NCBI GenBank assembly: GCA_965208325.1
Contig: OZ242326.1
Coordinates: forward strand, 448,001-512,000
Direction of reading: 5' to 3'
Origin: Candidatus Poribacteria bacterium
GTDB taxonomy: Bacteria; Poribacteria; WGA-4E; PCPOR2b
Length of the DNA: 64,000 nucleotides
Both the position numbers and the translations under genes were made by a program. Shown one piece after another: positions 9,859 through 20,405 of this stretch. The notes beneath the pieces were generated by a model. That model was given only the letters and a program-made list of their open reading frames with translations, was not told the DNA's origin and made no database searches. The number at the start of each line of letters is the position of its first letter. Within the stretch, counting starts at the first letter, position 1.

Positions 9859-10830
9859 TCATCCATCGATACGATAAAGCGGCGTGAGTCCTTGCGCGAG
9901 GCGGTCGACATTTTCGGCCGCGCACGCTGCACGCTTCAGAGATGTTTGGTACGTGACCCCTGCGATATGCGGAGTCACAACGACGTTGGGGAGCTGGAAC
10001 ACGGGAAGATTCGGATCGGGCGGTTCTTGAGCGAATACATCAAGACCTGCACCGCCGAGTTTGCCATTGGAAAGCGCCTGATGCAGCGCGGACTCGTCCA
10101 CTAGTGCGCCGCGGGCGACATTAATGAGACACGCCGTGGATTTCATCAGGGCGATGCGGCGAGCATCCATAATGCGGCGTGTTGCCGGGTTTAAGTGAAG
10201 ATGCAGTGAGAGAAAATCGCTTTCGGATACCACATCGTCCAAATCAGCGGGAGTTCCCATCAAATTGGGTTTTATCTCCCGAAGAATTTCCGGCTCTATG
10301 GTTCGGACATCAATTGCCAAGATGCGCATTCCAAAAGCCTTTGCCCGCCGTGCGAGTTCCTGTCCACTGGCGCCAAAACCGATAACCCCTAAATTCAGCC
10401 CGTTAAGCTCGCGCCCCACGGCTTCGTTAAAGACCCCAGACTCAAAATTTGAAGCGGCTTGGGGGTATTTATGTGCGAGCATCAAGATAAACATGAATGC
10501 GGTTTCAGCCAATGCGATGCTGCTAAATTGGCCTGGGCAGTTGGCAACGGCAATGCACCGCGCACGGATGTAATCCAGATCGAAATGGTCAAATCCCGTT
10601 CCTAAAATTTGCCACAAACGAGCATCCGTTGCAGCGTCCATCATTTCGCGAGTGCCAACGCTTCCTCCGTGATCGATAACTACGTCCACGCCATCGAACT
10701 GGGGAACAATAGGGTGGGACTCGTCAAAGACGGATAGGTCGTGGCGGCCGCTTATGGCTTGGATAACATCATCACACCACGGATGAAAAAGCCGCGTTAG
10801 CGGTAGCAGGAGCACTTTTTGGCGAGGCAT
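9859..10830 (-). CDS. D-isomer-specific 2-hydroxyacid dehydrogenase
   Basis: GVIGFGASG, INVARGALVDE, GAGLDVF..EP, TPHIAG. Confidence 0.9.
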   Translation of the reverse strand: MPRQKVLLLPLTRLFHPWCDDVIQAISGRHDLSVFDESHPIVPQFDGVDVVIDHGGSVGTREMMDAATDARLWQILGTGFDHFDLDYIRARCIAVANCPGQFSSIALAETAFMFILMLAHKYPQAASNFESGVFNEAVGRELNGLNLGVIGFGASGQELARRAKAFGMRILAIDVRTIEPEILREIKPNLMGTPADLDDVVSESDFLSLHLHLNPATRRIMDARRIALMKSTACLINVARGALVDESALHQALSNGKLGGAGLDVFAQEPPDPNLPVFQLPNVVVTPHIAGVTYQTSLKRAACAAENVDRLAQGLTPLYRIDG

Positions 10831-11135
10831 AATTTACGTTATGTTGCTGTTTGGTCGTGGTCTACTAACGGTCACTTGATACAAGCGTATCAAAACAACA
10901 TTCCTTCTGAAATTTATCACTAATTCTACCAAATGCAAGAATGGATTCTCAAGAAAATTGCGGTGATGGTTCGAACTAAAGATACCAATTGTACAGTTCG
11001 CATTCTGGTGATTGTTATCGCATGAAGCGTAGATGATTTCTACCAAGGACTCGCCGCAAAAACTAACTGGATAAAATCGTTTTGCCGTTATTGGCATTTC
11101 GGCATAATCACAAATTCATCGAACTGCGTTTTGTA

Positions 11136-11164
11136 TTGACTGAGCGGATCGACAGCAGTATTAT
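11136..11164 (+). promoter_or_regulatory. Putative sigma70 promoter
   Basis: TTGACT-17 bp-TATTAT upstream of the 11284 membrane protein gene. Confidence 0.45.
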
Positions 11165-11283
11165 AGCGCTGAACCAAATTTATTACTAAGGAATCCTCAC
11201 GTATTTGATTCGGGGCGTTAAATCTCTATGGCAATTCCTGGGTTTAACGACAGTTCTACTCGTTTCCTCAAATTTGCGCGTAC

Positions 11284-13191
11284 TTGAAAATCATGATTGA
11301 AATGAAATCGAGCAAACGGGACATTACTTTCAAATCCATCCTCATCGGCCTGATACTGGTTGGATTAAATGCCTACTGGATAAGCATTGCCAGCCAACTC
11401 TGGGGTTCACACCCAAACCTAATGACACCCTTTTCGAACGTCATTTTTAGCATCGTCCCTTTTATTTTGCTCAACTTTTTGTTTTCCCGCGTCTCGCGAA
11501 AAACACTGTTTTCCCGCTCGGAACTATTAGTGATGTACGTTATGGCTACCATGGTGACCACGGTGTCCGGGCACGCCTTCATAGAGGTCCTGATATCCGC
11601 GATGGGGCATCCGTTTTGGTTCGCTTCGCCTGAAAACGAGTGGGAACAACTCTTCTGGCGGTTTGTTCCGTCTTGGTTCACAGTGCAAGACCTTACCGTA
11701 GTCAGAGGATACATTGTAGGCGAATCTTCTATTTTTATCGGCAAACATATCCGGGCTTGGCTTCTCCCTGTCGGGGCATGGTCGGTGTTTATCTTTGTTC
11801 TGTTGCTTGCCCTGTTGTGCATGAACGTTATTCTTCGAAAGCAATGGACAGAGCGGGAAAAACTCAGCTATCCATTGATTGAGCTGCCGCTGGCAATCAC
11901 CCAAGACAACTTTCGATTCTTCCGTTCTAAGATAATGTGGGTAGGTTTTAGCATCGCCGCGGGGATTCGAACACTCAACGGACTCAATAGCCTATATCCC
12001 ATAGTCCCTGCAGTTCCAACCGGTTACGCTGTCGGGGGCTTTTCCATGGAGCCGTGGAGCGCCGTTGGTTACACGTCGTTTTCTTTCAATTTGTCGATGC
12101 TGGGCCTAACCTATTTCATGCCGTTGGACTTGCTATTTTCCTGTTGGTTCTTTTATTGGCTTGGCAAAGCAGAACACGTCGTCGCGGGAATTTATGGCTG
12201 GCGCGAACTCCATCTCAACGAGCGATCCGCGGGCAGTTGGGTCGGAATGGGCTTAATCGCCATTTGGATTGGGCGCCGATATCTTATCTCCGTCGTCAAA
12301 CAAACCGCCGGATGGGGTTCCCAACTGGACGAATCGCGAGAACCGATGCGTTACCGCACCGCCGTAGTCTTACTACTGTTGAGTTTCGTGTTTCTATTTC
12401 TCTTTTGCTATCAAGCCGGCATGTCGCCGTGGGCAATCGCCGCATTTTATTTCTTATTCTTTGTGATGGCGCTTGGACTGACGCGCGTTAGGGCAGAATT
12501 AGGGCCGCCGTACCATGAGGTGATTTTCGTCAATCCTCGGCAAGTGATGACTGAAGTTTTCGGTTCAAAGCGCTTGGGAGGACCCAACCTCGTCGTATTG
12601 ACATTTCTTTACGCCTTCAATCGATGCAACCGCTCTCATCCGATGCCAAACCAACTAGAATCGCTAAAAATTGGCGAGCAGTCGGGCATGAATCCCTCCA
12701 AATTGGTGTTTGCCATGATTCTGGCGATCGGCGTCGGCACAGTGGCAACGTTTGCGGCTTACTATCAAGTTGGATACGAACATGGGTTATCCGGCAGAGG
12801 GTATCTCGATTATTTGGGTTGGGAATGTTTCAACCCGCTTCAGTCGTGGCTGCAATTTCCAAGCGTTACGAACTGGACGAGCGTTGGTTTTATGTCCGGT
12901 GGATTCGGATTCGTGTTGTTACTGATGGCGATGCGCCGGGCATTCTTCTGGTGGCCATTCCATCCGGCGGGATACGTCTTGCTTGGCGGTACATGGGGAG
13001 GGATGATCTATTTTTGGTTTCCACTTTTCGTCAGTTGGACGATTAAAGCGCTGATACTGAGATACGGCGGGATTGGTTCCTACCGAAAAGCGGCGCCGCT
13101 ATTTTTGGGATTGGTGTTGGGTGACAAGGTGTTATGGGGAGTATGGAGCATTGCCAGCTACCTGTTGAATACGAAAATATCCATGGTGTAG
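11284..13191 (+). CDS. Polytopic membrane protein, DUF6785/DUF6784-like (putative transporter); start uncertain
   Basis: Many hydrophobic segments; RKQW...EKLSYPL, TRVRAELG, WWPFHPAGY, KALILRYGG...YRKAAPLFLGLVLG. Confidence 0.7.
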   Translation: MKIMIEMKSSKRDITFKSILIGLILVGLNAYWISIASQLWGSHPNLMTPFSNVIFSIVPFILLNFLFSRVSRKTLFSRSELLVMYVMATMVTTVSGHAFIEVLISAMGHPFWFASPENEWEQLFWRFVPSWFTVQDLTVVRGYIVGESSIFIGKHIRAWLLPVGAWSVFIFVLLLALLCMNVILRKQWTEREKLSYPLIELPLAITQDNFRFFRSKIMWVGFSIAAGIRTLNGLNSLYPIVPAVPTGYAVGGFSMEPWSAVGYTSFSFNLSMLGLTYFMPLDLLFSCWFFYWLGKAEHVVAGIYGWRELHLNERSAGSWVGMGLIAIWIGRRYLISVVKQTAGWGSQLDESREPMRYRTAVVLLLLSFVFLFLFCYQAGMSPWAIAAFYFLFFVMALGLTRVRAELGPPYHEVIFVNPRQVMTEVFGSKRLGGPNLVVLTFLYAFNRCNRSHPMPNQLESLKIGEQSGMNPSKLVFAMILAIGVGTVATFAAYYQVGYEHGLSGRGYLDYLGWECFNPLQSWLQFPSVTNWTSVGFMSGGFGFVLLLMAMRRAFFWWPFHPAGYVLLGGTWGGMIYFWFPLFVSWTIKALILRYGGIGSYRKAAPLFLGLVLGDKVLWGVWSIASYLLNTKISMV

Positions 13192-13234
13192 TAACGTAAG
13201 TCGAATAATTTCCCAAATTCTATAGCCGCAGACC

Positions 13235-14632
13235 TTACAGCAACCGTTGTGTCCGCCTTTCCCACTCGTCACAAGTCGCATGGGTGCGTTGAACAGATGC
13301 CCCGATATACGTTGTCGAATCTCGAAGGATTTCCCGTTGCTTTTCGGTCAGCTTATCAAGGAAAGGGTGCAGTGCTTCGTCAGCCCAGAGAAGGTCGTTC
13401 AAGGCTCGCCCTGTCCGATGGACCTCAGCCACTAGTTTGCGGGTGTGATTGTAGGCATCGGGGAATCCGTGATACGCCATCAAGAGGTATATCGGCTCGG
13501 CAACGGTATCGCCGGCACTCATCGCCAGATTTTGACGCATGTTATCCGACTTCACGTCCATTTCGTTCAACGCCCGCTGCAACCTATAAATGGTGTAGTC
13601 AAATGCCGTGAACAACTCCATCAAGAAGCGGCTTGAAGCGGAGTTAGTCAAGTCCCGTTGATGTTCCAAGATTCCATCCATAAATACCGTTGTCATACGC
13701 GGCATGAATGCCTTCCATAGACTCTTGATAGTCTCAAAATCTTCCGGGTTGAGTTTGTGAGGCATCGTCGAAGAGCCGACTAGCTGCGTGTCGTACTTTT
13801 TGCTAATCTCAGCGATCTCTGTACGGTAGAGATGCCGTATATCGTCCGCAAAATTTGCAAGGATTGTGTAAGCGGACATGATTGCATACGCCAAATCTGC
13901 CAGGAATTCAGGCTCTATACATTGTGTGGAAGTGTGGGTGTCGGAGGCTTTCAAACCGAGTTGCTCTAGTAAATCGGCTTCGATTTGTTCAGGTTGTTCC
14001 GTAATCATTGAAAGCCCGTTGAAGGCGCCGACCGCGCCGGAAAACTGTCCGCGGAGATTTCGGCATGCTGCATCTATCAATTCGATTCGATTCCCAATGC
14101 GGCTGACATAGAGCGAAAGTGCGTACCCGAAAGTAATAGGTTCCGCATGTTGGCCATGCGTTCGCCCAATTTGCACGGTTTCCGCATGTTCACGCGCCAA
14201 CTCAATTAGCCGGCTTTCGAGCGCGATGAGATCGGGAAGGATGACTTTCCGCGTTAGATCTTTGTAACGCAACGCGGAAGCCGTATCGAGAATATCCGCC
14301 GAGGTTGCAAAGAGATGCACATACGGACGCGATTCGGGACTGATTTTTCTTTGAATGACGTTGACGAGCGATCGGATGTTGTGGCGAATCCGCGCCTGTT
14401 CTTCGTAGACCTCCGTTGCCGTTACTTCCGATACCGCGCGCTCGACATCATCGGCGATTTCGTGCGAGCAGACACCATGCTTGGCAAGCGTCCGCACTAG
14501 TGCGGCTTCAACTTTCGCTTGATATTTGACGTAGCCTGCTTCAGAGACGTAAGGCAGCAGCCTTTTCATAAAGGCCTCGCTGCCGCCGTAATACCTAAAG
14601 TCAAGCGGGCTGACTGCTTCGTACAGTTCCAT
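13235..14632 (-). CDS. purB: Adenylosuccinate lyase
   Basis: SPLDFRY, GRTHGQHAEPITFG, GSSTMPHKLNP signature, HQRDLTNSAS. Confidence 0.88.
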   Translation of the reverse strand: MELYEAVSPLDFRYYGGSEAFMKRLLPYVSEAGYVKYQAKVEAALVRTLAKHGVCSHEIADDVERAVSEVTATEVYEEQARIRHNIRSLVNVIQRKISPESRPYVHLFATSADILDTASALRYKDLTRKVILPDLIALESRLIELAREHAETVQIGRTHGQHAEPITFGYALSLYVSRIGNRIELIDAACRNLRGQFSGAVGAFNGLSMITEQPEQIEADLLEQLGLKASDTHTSTQCIEPEFLADLAYAIMSAYTILANFADDIRHLYRTEIAEISKKYDTQLVGSSTMPHKLNPEDFETIKSLWKAFMPRMTTVFMDGILEHQRDLTNSASSRFLMELFTAFDYTIYRLQRALNEMDVKSDNMRQNLAMSAGDTVAEPIYLLMAYHGFPDAYNHTRKLVAEVHRTGRALNDLLWADEALHPFLDKLTEKQREILRDSTTYIGASVQRTHATCDEWERRTQRLL

Positions 14633-14689
14633 ATAATTTTTGCTCCTAATAAGAAGACTCTATTCGGCGGTTTAACAATAATCGTTAAA

Positions 14690-15709
14690 TCAGCCAGCGT
14701 GCGCCGTGTCATGAACAAAAACCCCGGCTCTAGCAGCGGCCTCAATCGCCTTTTGGGGGTCAACAACCGTGGGACCGTTGCGATTGAACCGAACGCGTAC
14801 GCTTGCTCCCGGCTTCACCTCAATTTCGCGTTCACCGTCAAGCGCGAGCACACATGCCTTTTGACGACGGAGCACAACCTCGTCATGGGCAGACAAAAGT
14901 CGGTGTTCAGCGAGGCTCACACGGCGAATAACGCCAGGCGCTATCGGGGCGAGCACCTCCCGTCCTCCCGGTTCCATTCGGAGATAAAGACCGTGTTCGG
15001 AAGAACCGTTCTTGCCTAATATATGCGCACCGATAGAAGAAAGTCCAATAGTGCCTGCTTGAGTACGAGTCGAGATTACCGCTTTTATTTTGGACGCATC
15101 CCAGATAGCGCCGGAGGCAATGAACTGCTCATCGTAGATTGCCGCATCTACCAGAGCAATATCATCCGGCGAATCAGCGATCTGTACTTGGTCCGGATCT
15201 TCACAATAGATGTCGAGTCGCGGTACTTGGTTTACCGCCTCGTCTGCCAACCCGCACGCGACCAAGCCCGCTGCGATGCCGGCGACGGTACCTTCAGTCA
15301 TCGTTGGGAAGACGTTGTTGGTACCCGTGGAAATCGGCATGAGGGGAACGTCCTCGCAAGCTTTTGCCACACTGCGGTTGGTGCCATCCCCGCCCAATGT
15401 GACGATGCAGTTGACATTGTGCGCCACCATGCACGCCGATGCCTGCGTCGAATCCTTACTAGTGCTAGTTACCGGCAAGGGCAGGACGGAAGAGTCAAAC
15501 CGCAAGTCTAGCCCGTCAAGGGCTTTCTCCCCGATGCAGAACGAATCAGGCATTATCAAAACTCGTTTGACGCCAGTCGCGTCCAACCCTAACAACAGCC
15601 GTCGGACAATATTGACCTTCTCATTATTGTTGAATGCCGTACCATGTGCCACGAGTCGGCGGATGTCTTTGCCCGATGCCGGGTTAGCGATGATGCCAAC
15701 GCTGTTCAT
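14690..15709 (-). CDS. ATP-NAD kinase family / AcoX-like protein
   Basis: GIIANPASGKDIRRLVA, LGGDGTNR, STGTNNVFP, LALDGERE; start placed at MNSVGII. Confidence 0.8.
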   Translation of the reverse strand: MNSVGIIANPASGKDIRRLVAHGTAFNNNEKVNIVRRLLLGLDATGVKRVLIMPDSFCIGEKALDGLDLRFDSSVLPLPVTSTSKDSTQASACMVAHNVNCIVTLGGDGTNRSVAKACEDVPLMPISTGTNNVFPTMTEGTVAGIAAGLVACGLADEAVNQVPRLDIYCEDPDQVQIADSPDDIALVDAAIYDEQFIASGAIWDASKIKAVISTRTQAGTIGLSSIGAHILGKNGSSEHGLYLRMEPGGREVLAPIAPGVIRRVSLAEHRLLSAHDEVVLRRQKACVLALDGEREIEVKPGASVRVRFNRNGPTVVDPQKAIEAAARAGVFVHDTAHAG

Positions 15710-15734
15710 TCTAGTGATAGATATTCCGTCACAA

Positions 15735-15860
15735 GTAAGGTGGGACATCCGTGTGCGAACAATCGGGGCTAGGAAGCCCCTCCCACAGACTTGGAGTACA
15801 CCGTCAGATGTAGGACGGACATCCCTGTTCCGAGAATTGTGGCTAGAGAGCCACGCCTAC
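15735..15860. repeat. Cluster of REP-like palindromes (two inverted doublets)
   Basis: GTAAGG..GGACATCCGTGT / GGGGCT-AGGA-AGCCCC-TCCCAC and GTAGG..GGACATCCCTGT / GTGGCT-AGAG-AGCCAC-GCCTAC. Confidence 0.65.
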
Positions 15861-15902
15861 GGATTTGGGGTGTGCACGAGATTAGAGCGCGGTTCGCACC
15901 TT

Positions 15903-16241
15903 TCAAACGCGAATGATTAAGGTGTAATCTGGGCCTTCAGCTTGTCCTTCTCTTTTGGTAATGTTGAGATAAAGTGATTCGTCTTCATTAAGCGTCCACC
16001 CACTCATATGCGAACCGACTTTCAGAGGTTTCACGAGGGGTTCAGTGGAATCTGAGCGAAGAGCGCATTCAACGCTTTCGCATGCCGTCAGGTGCACATG
16101 GACATCAAGCGGACACTCCGCAATGCGGTTGGTGTAAAGCGCGAACTCGCCCGTCGCACTGCCCACAGTACCGGAACCCTCATAGATAAACTGATCTTCA
16201 CCCGTAACTTTAAGAACCGTTTGCATAAGATTCTCTCCCAC
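15903..16241 (-). CDS. Hypothetical protein
   Basis: ORF co-oriented with neighbours, protein-like composition; start may be the Met near 16226. Confidence 0.55.
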   Translation of the reverse strand: MGENLMQTVLKVTGEDQFIYEGSGTVGSATGEFALYTNRIAECPLDVHVHLTACESVECALRSDSTEPLVKPLKVGSHMSGWTLNEDESLYLNITKREGQAEGPDYTLIIRV

Positions 16242-16308
16242 GTCATATTGCTAAGTATTCACAACATCAGAGTTTTCCGTTTTGAACTCGGCAGCGCCAT
16301 TTCACCCG

Positions 16309-17346
16309 TTATAGCGTGTTGACCATCACCTTTACCGAGCCAGTCTTTTTGTCGAGCGCGGTTTCAAAGGCGTCAGGCGTATGCTCTAGTTTGAAGCGGT
16401 GTGTGACCAATTCCCGCGGGCGGACTTTTCCGGACACGATGAGATCCGAGGCGATTTCGTAGTCATGGCGCCCATCAACAGCGCTGTAACATACAGCAAA
16501 GATGAATGTGACTTCTTTGCCTAGTGCACTTCCAAGGTTTACAGGTACCGGATCAGGAAACACCCCCGTAACGATGACTTTTCCTTTGGGTTTAACCACA
16601 CTGACGGACTGGTCTACACTGGGTGCCGATCCGCCAACGGTTTCGATGACAACGTCAATTTGCTGATCCCCCGCAACTTCCTTGACCTGTTCAGGCAAAT
16701 TCCTGTCTTCCAGTCTGATTACGCCGTCCGCACCCATCCGCTCAGCCATATCCGCTTGGACATCGTATTTCGCAACGATGTACGCCGCACCTGCGCCGAA
16801 GGCTTTGGCAACGGCTAGACTCAACAGCCCAATCGTGCCTGCGCCCAAAACGAGCACGGTGTCGCCAGGCTTCAACCCGCCATACCGCCATGCGTGCACA
16901 CCGACTGCGACGGGTTCCACCATTGCGCCGTCTTCATAGGAGAGAGTGTCAGGCAAACGGTCCAGCCCCAACCCTTGAACCTCCATATATTCGGCGAACC
17001 CGCCGCCCCAGGGTACCCGATCCTTGTTGGGGCAATGGAAAAATTGACCGGTAAGGCATATCGGACAGTTCCCGCAAGCGTGGTGGCGGGTTAGATCCAC
17101 ACAAACGCGATCGCCTGGGCTGAGGTTACCGGCACCCTCGCCGACTTCTACAACCTCGCCGCTGACTTCATGCCCAAGTACGGTGGGGTCGGCATAGGGT
17201 CGGGCTGAATACCAATGAAGGTCGGAGCCGCAAACGCCGCTGCTGACGACCTTGATTACGGCAGTACCCGCCTTTGACCGAGCGACGTCTACCTCTTCAA
17301 CACGCATGTCGCGGGCATCATACATCACAGCCGCTCTCATATTCAT
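16309..17346 (-). CDS. Zinc-dependent (MDR) alcohol dehydrogenase
   Basis: GVCGSDLH, LGHEVSG, CGNCPIC...C, GAGTIG; SD AAAGGAG before 17346. Confidence 0.92.
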   Translation of the reverse strand: MNMRAAVMYDARDMRVEEVDVARSKAGTAVIKVVSSGVCGSDLHWYSARPYADPTVLGHEVSGEVVEVGEGAGNLSPGDRVCVDLTRHHACGNCPICLTGQFFHCPNKDRVPWGGGFAEYMEVQGLGLDRLPDTLSYEDGAMVEPVAVGVHAWRYGGLKPGDTVLVLGAGTIGLLSLAVAKAFGAGAAYIVAKYDVQADMAERMGADGVIRLEDRNLPEQVKEVAGDQQIDVVIETVGGSAPSVDQSVSVVKPKGKVIVTGVFPDPVPVNLGSALGKEVTFIFAVCYSAVDGRHDYEIASDLIVSGKVRPRELVTHRFKLEHTPDAFETALDKKTGSVKVMVNTL

Positions 17347-17407
17347 ATGGTTGCATTCTCCTTTTGCCGGCGAAACCGAGTCAACGGAAGGGAAAAGCTT
17401 TAGGATT

Positions 17408-19705
17408 TCAGTTGCCGTTGTCATGTAAGGCAGCCACAATCTTCTCCGGCTTAATCGGCAGGTCATTAACCCGTACCCCGACCGCGTCGACAACCGCGTT
17501 GGACATCGTAGCTAATGTTGGCGTGATCGGCGGTTCGCCGACACCTTTTGCGCCAAACGGACCGTTTGGGGCGGGAACTTCAACGATTACTGATTCAACG
17601 GTAGGTAAATCTGCAGAGGTCGGCACACGGTAGTCGACAAATCCGGGATTTACATTGCCGTTCTGGTCGTATTGCATCTCCTCCATGATTGCCCACGCAT
17701 AACCTTGCACGGTACCGCCCTCGATTTGCCCTTCAACAGCCATGGGATTGATGGCAAAGCCGACATCCTGAGAGGATACCAATTTGAGCACCTTAATTCG
17801 TCCAGTTTCAGAGTCCACCTCAACTTTAGCGATTTGCGCAGCGAGTGCAGGCGTGCTAGATTGCTGGGCGAAAGATCCCTTTCCAACAATCGGTCCGCCT
17901 CTTGTATTCAGGCTAAAGGCGGCTAGCTCGCCGAGTGAAATGGATTTGGGCGAATCGGCGCCGTTCACGAATATCTTGCCATCTCTGAGTTCGAGGTTAT
18001 CAATCTCGGTGTTCAGCCGCTCGGCAGCAAGTTCAAGGATGCGTCTACGCGTATCTTCAGCCGCGAGTTTCGCGGTATTGCCCATCGTGAATGTCACAAC
18101 GCTGCCGCCGGAACCCGTTGCGTAAGGTGCAGAATCGGTGTCACCGCGGGTGATTGTAACCCGTTCGTACGGTAAGGTTAAAATTTCTGCGACAATCTGG
18201 GTGATTGCCGTATCCGTACCGGTGATGTCCATGGAGCCGTGAAAGATTCTCGCACTGCCGTCTTCGTGAATGGAGACATATACTCCGCCAGGGCCGCACC
18301 CGTTTGTCCAATCCCCCACAGCCACGCCCCAGCCTTGATTATGGGATTTATCCCGGTTCCACCAGCCTGCAGCATCGGCAACCGCCTTGAGCGTTTCTTT
18401 GTAACCGATGACGGGTTCTTGGCTGCCGCCGGGAATCATATCTCCCTCCTCACGCATGTTTTTGAGCCGGAATTCGATAGGGTCCATACCGATTCGGCGC
18501 GCAATTTCGTCCAGTTGCGATTCCGCCGCAAAAATTGCTTGAGGAGCACCCGGTGCTCGATAGGCGGTGGTACCGGATTTGTTGGTGTACACGCCGTAGG
18601 CATCGACCTTTAGGTTCGGAATCTTGTAGACGCCGCGCACTCGGATAGTGCTGCCAATTGAGGCGCCGGAAACCGCGCCGGAATCCCAGAATGCCAGTGC
18701 TTGGCATGCAAGGATGTCGCCGGATTTGGTCGCGCCCGTTTTCATTTTGATTACGCATCCAGGCGCAGGGCGTCCGTCAAGGAACTCCTCCTTGCGGGTC
18801 ACCTGCACCCTTACGGGTCGCCCTGTTTTCTGGGAGAGTAATACTGCAGGGACATGCGTCATCGTAACGCCGAAACGTCCGCCGAATCCGCCTCCCATAA
18901 TTGTGGGGATAACATTAATTTTGCCGAGTGGGATTCCGAGCGTCCCGGCGATACCCGATCGAATCGCAAACGGTCCCTGTGTGCTTGCCCACACCGTGAC
19001 TTTTCCCGATGAATCGGCACTGGCTACAGATACATGCGGTTCCATGTAGGTCTGATGCACTCGCGGGATTGTGTATGTATTCTCGACAATAATATCCGAT
19101 TCCGCAAACCCCTTTTCAACATCGCCAATTTCTGTGTGTGTTTCAGCGGAGATGTTGTAGTACACATCCTCCTCAAGCGTTTCCAATTGCGTTTCCAACG
19201 TACTAATTTCTTCGCTGCGGCCTTCCGACTCGTCTAGGGATAGTTGCTTCAACCTGTTTCGGATGCCGCGGCGCGAGGGGCCGTCTTTGGTTTCATCGCT
19301 ATGCAGACGCGGCGCCGCAGGTTGAATTGCGTCCATTACATTTTGCACAACCGGAAGGCGTTCATATTTGATTTTAATTAGCCCTGCCGCTTCGTCCGCG
19401 ATGTCTGAATCAGTTGCTGCGACTGCGGCAATCGGTTCTCCAAAATACAAGACTTTATCTGACGCAAATACTTTTCGTCCGCTCTCAACATCCGCCTGCG
19501 TAATAATAGCGCGCACTCCCGGCAACATTTCGGCTTGGCTGGTGTCAATGTGAAGAATCTTAGCGTGCGGGTATTCGCTGCGTACAATTTTGCCGTAGAG
19601 CATACCGGGTGGATGTACATCTGCGCCGTACTTCGCTGCACCGGTGACTTTTTCAAGTGCATCAACTCTTGGTAACCCTTTACCTACGACCGAATATTCT
19701 GGCAT
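17408..19705 (-). CDS. Xanthine dehydrogenase family molybdopterin-binding subunit (CoxL-like)
   Basis: KVTGAAKY, MGGGFGGR, AYRAPG, EGQIEGG..QG, GPFGAKGVGE. Confidence 0.92.
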   Translation of the reverse strand: MPEYSVVGKGLPRVDALEKVTGAAKYGADVHPPGMLYGKIVRSEYPHAKILHIDTSQAEMLPGVRAIITQADVESGRKVFASDKVLYFGEPIAAVAATDSDIADEAAGLIKIKYERLPVVQNVMDAIQPAAPRLHSDETKDGPSRRGIRNRLKQLSLDESEGRSEEISTLETQLETLEEDVYYNISAETHTEIGDVEKGFAESDIIVENTYTIPRVHQTYMEPHVSVASADSSGKVTVWASTQGPFAIRSGIAGTLGIPLGKINVIPTIMGGGFGGRFGVTMTHVPAVLLSQKTGRPVRVQVTRKEEFLDGRPAPGCVIKMKTGATKSGDILACQALAFWDSGAVSGASIGSTIRVRGVYKIPNLKVDAYGVYTNKSGTTAYRAPGAPQAIFAAESQLDEIARRIGMDPIEFRLKNMREEGDMIPGGSQEPVIGYKETLKAVADAAGWWNRDKSHNQGWGVAVGDWTNGCGPGGVYVSIHEDGSARIFHGSMDITGTDTAITQIVAEILTLPYERVTITRGDTDSAPYATGSGGSVVTFTMGNTAKLAAEDTRRRILELAAERLNTEIDNLELRDGKIFVNGADSPKSISLGELAAFSLNTRGGPIVGKGSFAQQSSTPALAAQIAKVEVDSETGRIKVLKLVSSQDVGFAINPMAVEGQIEGGTVQGYAWAIMEEMQYDQNGNVNPGFVDYRVPTSADLPTVESVIVEVPAPNGPFGAKGVGEPPITPTLATMSNAVVDAVGVRVNDLPIKPEKIVAALHDNGN

Positions 19706-19789
19706 GAAAATTACTCCTCATACGGTTTCATGGCGATCGAGCAATTGGAATTAGATTTCAGCTTGAAATAACCGCAGTCTCTTACGCGG

Positions 19790-20272
19790 TTACCGCGCAC
19801 TGCGCATCGCCTCCGCCGCACTCATAACTGCCTCAATAATTTTCGTGTATCCCGTACATCGACAGATATTACCGCCGAGAGCGTGCCTGACCTCGGCTTC
19901 CGTTGCGCTAGGGTTTTCCTCAAGGAAGGCTTTAGACGCCATGATGAAGCCCGGGGTGCAAAAGCCGCACTGATAGCCGCCCTTGTCGATAAACGCATGC
20001 TGAAGGGGATGCAAAGAACCGCCGCTCGATAGTCCTTCAATAGTCTTGATTGCTTTTCCGTTGGCACTGACGGCGAGCATCAAACACGATGTCACTGACT
20101 TACCATCTACCGTGACGGTACACGCGCCGCAGTCGCCGGTGCTACATCCCTCTTTTGTCCCTGTCAATCCTATCGTATCCCGCAGAACCGCCAAAAGCGT
20201 TTTTCGGGGCTCAACCAGCAATTCATGCTGATCGCTATTGACAGTAAAACTTACCAAATGTTTCTTCATCAA
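19790..20272 (-). CDS. (2Fe-2S)-binding subunit (CoxS-like)
   Basis: GTKEGCSTGDCGACTV, QCGFCTPG, GNICRCTGY. Confidence 0.95.
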   Translation of the reverse strand: MMKKHLVSFTVNSDQHELLVEPRKTLLAVLRDTIGLTGTKEGCSTGDCGACTVTVDGKSVTSCLMLAVSANGKAIKTIEGLSSGGSLHPLQHAFIDKGGYQCGFCTPGFIMASKAFLEENPSATEAEVRHALGGNICRCTGYTKIIEAVMSAAEAMRSAR

Positions 20273-20405
20273 CTTCTGCCATTCCTTTCGGTGTCACCTT
20301 AAAGTTCGGAGAATTTGGGACACGGCAATTCGCTTATTATGAGGCATTTTGGGATAAATTTACACATGTAACAACTGTATACCGACGTATAGTAGGAATA
20401 AGGGT

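Noticed and set aside
10834..11133. Decayed RAYT transposase (minus-strand FDEFVIMP resembles LDEFVIMPNH) and the 87-aa ORF
   Set aside because: Only about 8 residues of resemblance, catalytic His absent and no continuous frame; needs BLASTx.
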